Positions 39,403-47,965 of a DNA stretch of 64,000 nt are shown piece by piece. The notes under the pieces are model-generated. The model saw only the letters and a list, made by a program, of their open reading frames with translations, was not told the DNA's origin and did not search any database. This DNA comes from an uncultured Acetatifactor sp. (GTDB lineage: Bacteria; Bacillota; Clostridia; Lachnospirales; Lachnospiraceae). Both the position numbers and the translations under genes were made by a program. Location: the NCBI GenBank assembly GCA_910577185.1, contig CAJTLR010000004.1:21399-85398 (forward strand), written 5' to 3'. Position 1 is the first letter of the stretch, and each line of letters opens with the position of its first letter.

Positions 39403-40137
39403 ATGGATCAGAAAAAAATAGGTGCATTTATTGCACAGTGCAGGAAAGAAAAAAATCTGACACAAATGCAGCTTGCAGAACTATTAGAAATTACCAGTCA
39501 GGCGGTTTCCAAATGGGAAAACGGAAGAGGAATGCCGGATGTGTCGCTTTTACAGCCTTTGTGTGATGCTTTGGGTATAAGCCTGAACGAGCTTTTTTCG
39601 GGGGAGCATGTATCTGCGGAGGAATATAAAGGAAAAGCGGAGGAAAATATTTCCAGGCTTTTTAAAGAAAAACAAATTGCCAATCTTAAGCCCGTAAAAA
39701 ATTTATTCTCCGTATGTGCCAATGTCACTTTGTTTGTAATAGTGACTGAACTGGCTGTTGGCCTTGTTGGGAATTTTTTTAATTCCGATATATTGGAAGT
39801 CATGTTGATGAATGCTTCTGTATGGCTGATATTGTTTTTGGCTTCAATGGGTAAACTGTTGTATGACAAGAAAAAAATGAAAAACCTGAAACATTCAGGC
39901 GCCTGTATGGACTCCGAGATAGAGGACATGATTCCGGCAGCCTGGATCAGAGTGGCAAACTACACCAGCTGCAGAATTGTCTGCCGGTTTATTTATGAGG
40001 GTAAGGAATACAAAGCAGTGAGTAATTATTATGTTTTGGCACCATTTATGCGAAAAGAAGATTTATATGCGAATGTTTATATCGACAAAGATAATCCTGC
40101 CAGATACAGTGTAGAGCTTTTTCAAATAGGCTGGTAA
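39403..40137 (+). CDS. XRE-family HTH regulator with membrane domain
   Basis: LTQMQLAELLEITSQAVSKWENG; two TM segments. Confidence 0.9.
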   Translation: MDQKKIGAFIAQCRKEKNLTQMQLAELLEITSQAVSKWENGRGMPDVSLLQPLCDALGISLNELFSGEHVSAEEYKGKAEENISRLFKEKQIANLKPVKNLFSVCANVTLFVIVTELAVGLVGNFFNSDILEVMLMNASVWLILFLASMGKLLYDKKKMKNLKHSGACMDSEIEDMIPAAWIRVANYTSCRIVCRFIYEGKEYKAVSNYYVLAPFMRKEDLYANVYIDKDNPARYSVELFQIGW

Positions 40138-40171
40138 TTCGGATATCTTTCAAAATCATTCATACTTATTC

Positions 40172-40215
40172 AAAACTGCCGCTGCAGGAACTATCATTCC
40201 CGCAACGGCAGTTTT
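40172..40215. terminator. Bidirectional terminator between the XRE gene and hicA
   Basis: AAAACTGCCG...CGGCAGTTTT. Confidence 0.75.
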
Positions 40216-40260
40216 CATTTGCGTGTTTTTTCTGGCTCACAGGTGTCCCTTTAAAAAGGG

Positions 40261-40458
40261 CTAGCTCCTGAAAGACAGCCCGGTTGTTTTTTCGAGATTA
40301 TCAATTATGCCAACGTGTAAATCCTTATCATCATGGTTGGGAACCGTAATGATAAGAGAACTGTCAGGATGCCTGTACCGGTAATGGGAACCATTGACCT
40401 TTGCACAAAACCAGCCATTAGCAACAATTATCTTCTCGACTTTTTTGAAATTAACCAT
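40261..40458 (-). CDS. hicA: Type II toxin, HicA family
   Basis: 65 aa; NGW...GSHYRYRHP...ITVPNH..KDL; AAGGAG RBS. Confidence 0.9.
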   Translation of the reverse strand: MVNFKKVEKIIVANGWFCAKVNGSHYRYRHPDSSLIITVPNHDDKDLHVGIIDNLEKTTGLSFRS

Positions 40459-40540
40459 ATCTTTTCTCCTTATTATGAAGCTTGTCAGTAGTTACATAAT
40501 CACTATGAATTACTTCTAAGGCATATGGTTAATTTTTTTC

Positions 40541-40639
40541 AGTATACAGGAAAATAAGTGGAAAGTCAATATTGAAAAAGTATTGACACGTGTTATAAAA
40601 CGTGTTATACTGCAAGAACAATACGTGGTAAATACGTGC
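40541..40639. promoter_or_regulatory. Back-to-back sigma-A promoters with ACGTG operator repeats
   Basis: Minus: TTGACT(40569-64)-N17-TATACT(40546-41); plus: TTGACA(40583-88)-N17-TATACT(40606-11); four ACGTG motifs on the hicB side. Confidence 0.75.
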
Positions 40640-40651
40640 AGGAGGCTGAGC

Positions 40652-41053
40652 ATGAAAGAAAATTATATATATCCGGTGGTAATCAGAAATGAAGGCAGGG
40701 GATTATTCATTACGTTTCCGGATTTTCCAAATCAGATGACAGAAGCGGATACAGAAGAAGCGGCCATCATTGCTGCCCAGGAAGTACTGGCATTATGCAT
40801 CAGTGATAATGAAGAAATGGGAAACGATAATCCGGTACCTACGCAACAGGATAAGATTAATCTGGAACATGGTGAAAGATTAATTTATGTTCATGTCTGG
40901 ATGCCATACTTCAGACGGGTTGAAAAAGTAGTATATGTCAAGAAAACATTAACAATACCTAAGTGGATTGACGAAATGGCTAAAGCAAAAAACGTGAATT
41001 TTTCCGCTATACTTGTAAAAGGACTAAAAGCCGAGTTAGGACTTAACAGATAA
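40652..41053 (+). CDS. hicB: Type II antitoxin, HicB family
   Basis: YIYPVVI...ITFPDFP...TEADT; C-terminal VKKTLTIPKW...VNFS (RHH-like). Confidence 0.92.
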   Translation: MKENYIYPVVIRNEGRGLFITFPDFPNQMTEADTEEAAIIAAQEVLALCISDNEEMGNDNPVPTQQDKINLEHGERLIYVHVWMPYFRRVEKVVYVKKTLTIPKWIDEMAKAKNVNFSAILVKGLKAELGLNR

Positions 41054-41232
41054 TGGATCGGAAATCCTATTATGGTACGATTTCCGTATCAAAAGATCTG
41101 TTGCAGGCAGAATGGAGACAGAAATGTGTCAGAATTGAAAGAAAATGAGGAGGTGAATGACAGGCAGTGCCGGCGCAGACCGTTTAAGGTGGTTCGTGTC
41201 ACCTTGGGAAAATGCAATGAGGAGGAGTCATT

Positions 41233-41313
41233 ATGGAAATAGCAGATATTTTGAAAGTCATTAAGAATATTGCCAAAGCAGTGGAAGCAGTTGTGGATAT
41301 CTTTACAGATTAG
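41233..41313 (+). CDS. 26-aa amphipathic helical peptide MEIADILKVIKNIAKAVEAVVDIFTD
   Basis: GAGGAGGAG RBS; hydrophobic i/i+3/i+4/i+7 periodicity; below the ORF track cut-off. Confidence 0.7.
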   Translation: MEIADILKVIKNIAKAVEAVVDIFTD

Positions 41314-41497
41314 TCCGGCTAAGAAATGTCAAGTGCTTTTGAAAAATAATTTCTGCTGGACAGTAAAGCCGCAAAGTCGCACGAGAGGAACTTTTATGAG
41401 TTCCTTTCGAAACAAAAGTTTCTCTCGTGATAGGTGTGTCGAAGCGACTTTACCCTTTCGTGCTATCGCGAAGCGATTTAATTAGGGAGGAATTCAA

Positions 41498-41578
41498 ATG
41501 GATCCAATGAAAGGAATAAAAATTGCGCTTAAAGTAATCGGCGGTATTGTGGCAATTATTTCTGCATTGTCAGAGTGA
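41498..41578 (+). CDS. 26-aa hydrophobic/amphipathic peptide MDPMKGIKIALKVIGGIVAIISALSE
   Basis: GGGAGG RBS 7 nt upstream; followed by a hairpin; same length and register as the first peptide. Confidence 0.7.
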   Translation: MDPMKGIKIALKVIGGIVAIISALSE

Positions 41579-41590
41579 TTGTGTGTGAAA

Positions 41591-41622
41591 GGTCTGCCTT
41601 TCCGGCAGACCGCTGCCTTTTA
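41591..41622 (+). terminator. Possible terminator hairpin after the peptide genes
   Basis: GGTCTGCC/GGCAGACC stem; T-run is offset from the stem. Confidence 0.45.
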
Positions 41623-41803
41623 GGGTTATGCAGGATTATGTGGCTGTTGTAAGTTCAGAAAGGTGGTAAGGATGAAAATTAAGAATGTAGAAGTGTATGA
41701 TATTGTAGGATTACTGGTGAAGAATGGGTCCATAATGAGAAATTTGAATCTGTAGGTGCAGGTAGTTACTGTTTGGATGATTGCAATTTTAAGGAGTGGT
41801 ATA

Positions 41804-43693
41804 ATGGATTTCAATTTATTTGGCGGAGTTGTTTCTGAAGTAGAAGACATATTGCGTGGAATTTCACAGAAAATGGAAAGTATCACCAGAGAGGAATGGC
41901 TTGATAACTATCAGACAGGATCGGATGTTTGCAAAAGTGAAGAAGAACGGATATCGTTTCGTAAAATGATGTATCTTCAAGTACTTAAAACGAGATCCGA
42001 ATATCAGTTAGCATTTGAAGATATGGAAGATGCCGGAAAGAAAATGGACAGAGCGTTTGGTTATGTCACAGACTGTAAACTGTCTTTTAACATATTAGAG
42101 CTGGTGTTCTATGCGATGGTTAGTATGATCTATTTTTCAATGCGGAAGTGTGATGCAGAAGATATTGAAGCGGCAGATATTTTCATAAAGGAATCTGTTA
42201 TTAAATTAACAGAAAAAGAAGAAGAAAAGATGTATCTGGAAATACTAAACAGGATACTTTTTCTTAATATGGCATATTTGTACAATATTATGAATGATTC
42301 AAAAAACGAATGTGATTTAGAACAATACAAAGAAGAAAATGAAAAGTTATTGGACATGGCAAGGCAGATTTTACCGAATGGTGAAATAATAGAACTCATG
42401 GATGAGATATTCCTGGTAGAAGAATTTTTTAAGAATCCCACAAAAGAAAATATAAACAGGGTGAAACATTTATGTTTTGACAAGAAAAAGAACTGGATGG
42501 GACATATCTGTATCTGCTCTTCACAACCGGCGTGGTCTGTGGAGGATCCCTGGATGCATTATTTGCCGCATGTTTCTTTTTATAATAGTTCAGACAATAA
42601 AAAGTGCAATTTAGAACATATTTTAGATTCGAAACCCAGACGAATTCATGAGATTTTTGGATTACCTGCATTTGAGGAGCCTGAATGGGAGAAGGATTTT
42701 CAGTATAAACTGCAGCAATGGGAGGAAGAAGCTTATAAGAAAATCTTTATGCAGCCATATGAGATTCACACAGATGAATCCAAAGGCCAGTTGATTTATA
42801 CTTTATTATCGGTGTTAGCCGATAATATGGAGTTGGAAGAAACGAAGAATTCCATAGTTTCAGATTTTACACATAGTTATGGTAACTATGAAATTGATAA
42901 TGTTTATCATATCGCGAAAGCTTTGAGCGATAATCCTTCAAAAGAAGAACTTGAGGATTATAGTCGTGAATTGCTTTTGGAATACTTAAATAAACAAATG
43001 ATGTCAAAAGAGATCAGAATGCTGAACCTGGAACATAAAGATAAATTTTCTGAATTACATGATGTTATTGTCAGGAGTATTGACTTTGCCCAAGAAGGCG
43101 TAAAAATACATGAGATAATTGATGAATCTTTAAAGAGAGTCATTTTAAGAATCTTGTTAGAGACAGGAAATAAAAGAATTGAAGATATCTTAAACAAGTA
43201 TGAAAACAAGGGAATTGATTCATATGAGTTATTAGAATATTTCGAGAAATCCGTAATTCGGGGAGCACAGAATTGTATGGAATGGGTGTCAGATAATATG
43301 AATATTTTGCGGGTTGAAGTGTCTGCAGAGTGGCAAAGACTTTGTTTTAGAAGAAACTCAGAAGGAAACGTTTTTCTTATGAGTTTGTTTATGGAACTGT
43401 TGTTTAATATGTTCACTTATGCAGATATCAATCATGATATGAAATTTATACTGGATTTTATGGATATGGATGATGATACGTATTTTGTTGTCAAAACTGA
43501 GAATTTTGTTGACGAAGGAGTTAAAAGCAATACCAAAAAAGGGTTGTCAGCCAGAAACCGAATTCTGGGAAAACTAAACTTTGGAAGTGGGTATCGATGG
43601 AAAAATAGTATCCTTAAGGAGTATAGGGAGAACAATACACAATGTACTGTAAGTGCAAGAATTAAGTCTGATTTGTTTGGAGGGATACAATGA
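41804..43693 (+). CDS. Probably soluble, divergent histidine-kinase-like protein (629 aa)
   Basis: AAGGAG RBS; H-box-like SDFTHSYGN (H357); N-box-like ELLFNMFTYA; G2-like KKGLS; overlaps next gene by ATGA. Confidence 0.65.
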   Translation: MDFNLFGGVVSEVEDILRGISQKMESITREEWLDNYQTGSDVCKSEEERISFRKMMYLQVLKTRSEYQLAFEDMEDAGKKMDRAFGYVTDCKLSFNILELVFYAMVSMIYFSMRKCDAEDIEAADIFIKESVIKLTEKEEEKMYLEILNRILFLNMAYLYNIMNDSKNECDLEQYKEENEKLLDMARQILPNGEIIELMDEIFLVEEFFKNPTKENINRVKHLCFDKKKNWMGHICICSSQPAWSVEDPWMHYLPHVSFYNSSDNKKCNLEHILDSKPRRIHEIFGLPAFEEPEWEKDFQYKLQQWEEEAYKKIFMQPYEIHTDESKGQLIYTLLSVLADNMELEETKNSIVSDFTHSYGNYEIDNVYHIAKALSDNPSKEELEDYSRELLLEYLNKQMMSKEIRMLNLEHKDKFSELHDVIVRSIDFAQEGVKIHEIIDESLKRVILRILLETGNKRIEDILNKYENKGIDSYELLEYFEKSVIRGAQNCMEWVSDNMNILRVEVSAEWQRLCFRRNSEGNVFLMSLFMELLFNMFTYADINHDMKFILDFMDMDDDTYFVVKTENFVDEGVKSNTKKGLSARNRILGKLNFGSGYRWKNSILKEYRENNTQCTVSARIKSDLFGGIQ

Positions 43694-45210
43694 AAAAGAA
43701 TATTTTGTGGATAGAAGATTTTGATACAAAAAGTATAAGCGTCAGAAAGCACAAAAGCAGTCAGAAGAGCACTGAAGTTGTAAAGAATGCTTTGGGCATA
43801 TTCGATCAGAAATATCGGGATGTTATTGAGATTAAAACAAGTTTGTTTGAAGGAATAGAATATATTATTACACATAAGGGGGAATTTGACTGTGTTATTC
43901 TGGACGTTGACATGAGTAAGAATTTACAAATAGACATGGATGAGAAAACACATAAAGGGAAGATATGGAGGGAGTTTCTTAAGCATATGAATCTTCCTTT
44001 GAAACAGGAAAAGGAAGGGAACAGAATTGATTATAAAGTAAATAATGAGCCGTTGGCAGCTTATCTGGGCAAGAATGCGGGTTTTTATATCGTATTGTTT
44101 TTGATTTCATTAGGATTTCCCAAAGAGAGAATTATCATGTTTACAGCGTATGGCGGCAGTAATCCTGATAATAGAGTGTCTGCATGGGAAACTAAGTTTA
44201 AATCGGCATCACTGTTTATTCCATGCATAATTGATAAGGGTAGTACATTTCATTCTGTGCATAAGGAAAGAAATGAAGAATTAAATGAATGCCTGGAAAA
44301 ATTGTATTCACAAGAATACTATAAGTCAAGACTATTTTTATATGTGATATATAATATGTTCGCCTTCTGTAAAGACGAAATATCTCGGATCAACAGAGAA
44401 CATGCTATAGAGGATAAGGGAAATTATAAATCGATTTTCAATTATGTCTGTAAAGATGCAGATAAGAAAATGCATCTTGATCAAGTTGAAGATTTGATAG
44501 AAAATGTTTTATTTTATTTCCCCTGTATGGAACATAATGGTGTAAAAGATTTAAATTATCAGGCACTGAAACGGTTTTCAGAACCATTTGAGGCAGATTA
44601 CATTGGGAATCGAATAGATGAATATAATGCATACAGAGTCATGAAATTATATAGAAACTGGAGTGCCCATAGTTTATTTTCAAATCCGGAAAATCTGTCT
44701 GACGAATTGTTTCGGCTATTGGTAGTAGTAGGATTATTACTGTTGACGGAAACCAGGTTTGGGAATTCAAATGATGAAAATGAGAAAATGAGAATTCTAA
44801 AGACAGAGTCCTTTGTCCAAAAGTGGAAAGAAGAATTATGGGACAAAATAAAATTCTTATTTCATATTGATGTTGGAACAAAGGAACAGGAAATCTTGGA
44901 TTATCTTGAAGAATATAATTGGAAAGTGTGTAAAGAATGGGATGAAATACCTAAAAATATGGTGGATGTATATGATAAATATGGGAAAAAAGGAAAAAAG
45001 CAAATGCAATTTCACTATTTGCTGGATGCGTTTATGAATTGCTTTGTCATGAATGGGATTGAATATGAAGACAGAGCATGCAGAACTCATTATGCATTGT
45101 CCGGGCACACTGAGGGCATTTATTTAAATTTGTTCAGGTGTGCGTATTCTATGCTGGTTGACACAAATAATACAGAAAGCAGCAAAAGTAATGCTAATAA
45201 TGAGCTGTAA
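43690..45210 (+). CDS. Receiver-domain protein with C-terminal HEPN-like RxxxxH motif
   Basis: ILWIED, DCVILD72VDM, IIMFTAY, IIDKG receiver residues; R322-NWSA-H327 in a helical C-terminal half. Confidence 0.65.
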   Translation: MKKNILWIEDFDTKSISVRKHKSSQKSTEVVKNALGIFDQKYRDVIEIKTSLFEGIEYIITHKGEFDCVILDVDMSKNLQIDMDEKTHKGKIWREFLKHMNLPLKQEKEGNRIDYKVNNEPLAAYLGKNAGFYIVLFLISLGFPKERIIMFTAYGGSNPDNRVSAWETKFKSASLFIPCIIDKGSTFHSVHKERNEELNECLEKLYSQEYYKSRLFLYVIYNMFAFCKDEISRINREHAIEDKGNYKSIFNYVCKDADKKMHLDQVEDLIENVLFYFPCMEHNGVKDLNYQALKRFSEPFEADYIGNRIDEYNAYRVMKLYRNWSAHSLFSNPENLSDELFRLLVVVGLLLLTETRFGNSNDENEKMRILKTESFVQKWKEELWDKIKFLFHIDVGTKEQEILDYLEEYNWKVCKEWDEIPKNMVDVYDKYGKKGKKQMQFHYLLDAFMNCFVMNGIEYEDRACRTHYALSGHTEGIYLNLFRCAYSMLVDTNNTESSKSNANNEL

Positions 45211-45403
45211 GATAAGATAACGGAATCTGGTGGTACGGTTTTCCTGGAGCGGTATAACGAACAGAGGATAAGGGAAGCCATGTATTTGAAACAAGAATAC
45301 CGCATAAAAACTTATGAGAAAATTGGGACAGACAACGGGCGTGGTAATATTGAAAGAAATGATGGAATCAAAAAAGCAGATTGGAAAACTGGAGGGGATT
45401 GAA

Positions 45404-46402
45404 ATGCACATAGAAGAAATGCTGGATATGAATTTTAGGGGGAATATATATATTGTACAGAACGGCAAAGTTTTATATGAACGAGAAAACGGGTTTGCAG
45501 ATTTGCCAAATGAAATTCCAAACACGCTGGAAACGAAATTTGCAAGTGCATCGGCGGGAAAAGTATTTGTTGCGGTAGGAATATTGCAGTTGATCGAACA
45601 AGGAAGAATAAAGTTTGACGATACATTAGGGACATTGCTTGATATGCCTTTCCATAATATTGATAAGGACGTTACAGTCAGACAGCTTTTAAACCATACG
45701 TCAGGTGTTCCGGATTATTTTGATGAAAGTGTTATGGACGAATATGAAGAATTATGGATTGACTATCCCAACTATAAAATCAGGCATAACAGCGATTTGC
45801 TTCCACTATTTCTCAATAAGCCCATGATGTATCCAAAAGGAGAAAAATTTCAGTATAATAATGCAGGGTATGTATTGCTTGCAATGATTATTGAAAAGGT
45901 TACAGGAATGTATTTTGACCGATATCTGAAAGAAAGTATTTTTGACATATGCGGTATGAAATCGACGGGCTATTATGAACTGGACAGACTGCCGGCAAAA
46001 TGTGCCAATAATTATATTTATTGTAATGATACAAATGACTACCGCACAAATATATTTTCAGTTGATGTAAAAGGTACCGGGGCAGGCGGGGCTTTTATAA
46101 CAGTAAGGGATATTATTGGTTTTTGGATGAATTTACTGGAAGGGAAGCTTATCTCAAAATCGTTTGTTTCAGATATGCTCAGAAAGCAGAGCGGAGATGG
46201 GGTTGATGGGTATTATGGCTATGGTATGTGGATTATGGACAATCCCAATGGTAAAGATTTTGCGTACTTTGAAGGCTGTGATCCGGGAGTAAGCTTTATA
46301 TCCGAATACAATCCGAATCATGGGATTATTTCCGTTCTGGTAAGTAACTATGGAGATAATGTCTGGAGGGAAATGAGAAAAATAAGAGAAGTTCTCTACT
46401 GA
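45404..46402 (+). CDS. Serine hydrolase, beta-lactamase class C/AmpC-like family
   Basis: SAGK (SxxK), LLNHTSG, FQYNN (YxN). Confidence 0.9.
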   Translation: MHIEEMLDMNFRGNIYIVQNGKVLYERENGFADLPNEIPNTLETKFASASAGKVFVAVGILQLIEQGRIKFDDTLGTLLDMPFHNIDKDVTVRQLLNHTSGVPDYFDESVMDEYEELWIDYPNYKIRHNSDLLPLFLNKPMMYPKGEKFQYNNAGYVLLAMIIEKVTGMYFDRYLKESIFDICGMKSTGYYELDRLPAKCANNYIYCNDTNDYRTNIFSVDVKGTGAGGAFITVRDIIGFWMNLLEGKLISKSFVSDMLRKQSGDGVDGYYGYGMWIMDNPNGKDFAYFEGCDPGVSFISEYNPNHGIISVLVSNYGDNVWREMRKIREVLY

Positions 46403-46537
46403 TGTCTGGTACCCTGAAATAGTTTGTTTTTTCCGCTGCAGGCGGTCAGTCGTCACGATTTGCGGCAGTGGAAACTATTTTCATGCCGGCGGATTTCTGG
46501 TATACTGGAAGGTATAAATGGGAGCGGGAGAATGAAA

Positions 46538-47083
46538 ATGAGACAAGGGAGAATAATTGTGCTTACCGGGGCACCGGGAACCGGGAAAACCACCGTGTCG
46601 GCTATTGTTGCGAAGGAGTCCGTCATGGAGAAATCGGTGCATATGCATACGGATGATTTTTATCATTATCTTTGCAAGGGGGCAATAGCGCCACATTTAC
46701 CGGAAGCAGATGAACAGAATCTGGTTGTGACAGAGGCTTTTTTAGAGGCGGCGAAGCGTTATGTACGCGGCGGGTATGATGTTATTGTGGATGGTGTGAT
46801 CGGCCCGTGGTTTCTGGAGCCATGGAGAAGCGCTGTCCGGGAAGGCTATGAAATACATTATATTATTTTGCGGGCTGATAAAGAAGAAACCGTTCAGCGG
46901 GCTGTGCGCCGTTCAAAATTGGACAGGGAGACCAATATGGAACTGGTGGAAGTGATGTGGCAGCAGTTTCAGGACCTCGGCGCATATGAATCAAATGTTA
47001 TTGATACAACAGAGTGTTCGCTGCAGGAAACGGTTTCCATAATAAAGAAAAAAATTGCCGGTAAAACAGCCCTGCTTAACTGA
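46538..47083 (+). CDS. P-loop kinase/AAA-family protein
   Basis: GAPGTGKT Walker A; VIVDG. Confidence 0.85.
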   Translation: MRQGRIIVLTGAPGTGKTTVSAIVAKESVMEKSVHMHTDDFYHYLCKGAIAPHLPEADEQNLVVTEAFLEAAKRYVRGGYDVIVDGVIGPWFLEPWRSAVREGYEIHYIILRADKEETVQRAVRRSKLDRETNMELVEVMWQQFQDLGAYESNVIDTTECSLQETVSIIKKKIAGKTALLN

Positions 47084-47108
47084 GCGTTTTATGGAAAGAG
47101 GAGGAAAA

Positions 47109-47324
47109 ATGGATTTTTCAAGGGAGGACTTGGCGGAGGCGAAAAGACAGATTGATTCTACTCTGCATAAATTAAGGGAAACAATAAAGACCTTTGAATC
47201 CAAAGAGAATGCGGAGCGGTATAAGTCACAGATCACACTGGCAAAAAGACGTGTAAAAGCCTTTGAGATAGCCAATGGGCTTATTGAGAACGAGCTGGAA
47301 AAGGAGATTTGTGATAATGGATGA
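47109..47324 (+). CDS. Small helical hypothetical protein
   Basis: GAGGAGG RBS; 71 aa. Confidence 0.75.
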   Translation: MDFSREDLAEAKRQIDSTLHKLRETIKTFESKENAERYKSQITLAKRRVKAFEIANGLIENELEKEICDNG

Positions 47325-47367
47325 AAAACGGCGGACGGTGAAGAAGGGAAAATCTGGAGATGAGGAT

Positions 47368-47910
47368 ATGACGACAGAAGAACAGGCAAAACGCATATTA
47401 TATGATTGTGGATTATTGGAGGAATTGAGCAAATATGGAACGCCTCATATTATTGGGAGTTACCGCATGGACATGATGGCATGGAATGATTTGGATATTG
47501 ATATCGAGAACGAAAATATGTCCTTAGACAAGCTATATCGGCTGTCACAATTTATCATGGATCAGTTTCACCCTACATGGTATGAGGCAAAAGAAGAAAT
47601 CAATTCTGAAAATAAAACGGTCTGGTTTCAGGGATTCGAGGCATATATAGGCAGTGAACTTTGGAATGTTGATTTATGGTTTTTTGATAAAGCCACAATA
47701 AAGACGGCAGAAGAATATTGTGACAGGATTGTGCGGCGGGTGCAGGAGCTGCCTGAATCGAAAGAACAAATTGTCCGCTTAAAAAGGGAATTGATGGCAC
47801 GTAAACTGTATTCCTTTGAACAATATACCAGTATTGATGTATATGATGCGGTGTTAAACAAACATTTAACGGATGTGGAGGAATTTCTTGCCAATTACAA
47901 GAGAGATTAA
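47368..47910 (+). CDS. Nucleotidyltransferase-like protein
   Basis: IGSY...NDLDID (GS + DxD) pol-beta-superfamily motif; later VD. Confidence 0.6.
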   Translation: MTTEEQAKRILYDCGLLEELSKYGTPHIIGSYRMDMMAWNDLDIDIENENMSLDKLYRLSQFIMDQFHPTWYEAKEEINSENKTVWFQGFEAYIGSELWNVDLWFFDKATIKTAEEYCDRIVRRVQELPESKEQIVRLKRELMARKLYSFEQYTSIDVYDAVLNKHLTDVEEFLANYKRD

Positions 47911-47965
47911 ATGTGCCGGAAGATGCCCCTGAAAAAGCCGGGCATACGGCAATAGACTGAGGAAC

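Noticed and set aside
41126..41263. Additional small ORFs between hicB and the first peptide
   Set aside because: Competing frames, poor RBS spacing and no distinctive composition
41373..41480. Retron msr/msd RNA
   Set aside because: No reverse transcriptase motifs in neighbouring ORFs
45404..46402. Calling the serine hydrolase a beta-lactamase resistance gene
   Set aside because: No signal peptide and the third motif reads EG; the family includes many esterases and peptidases
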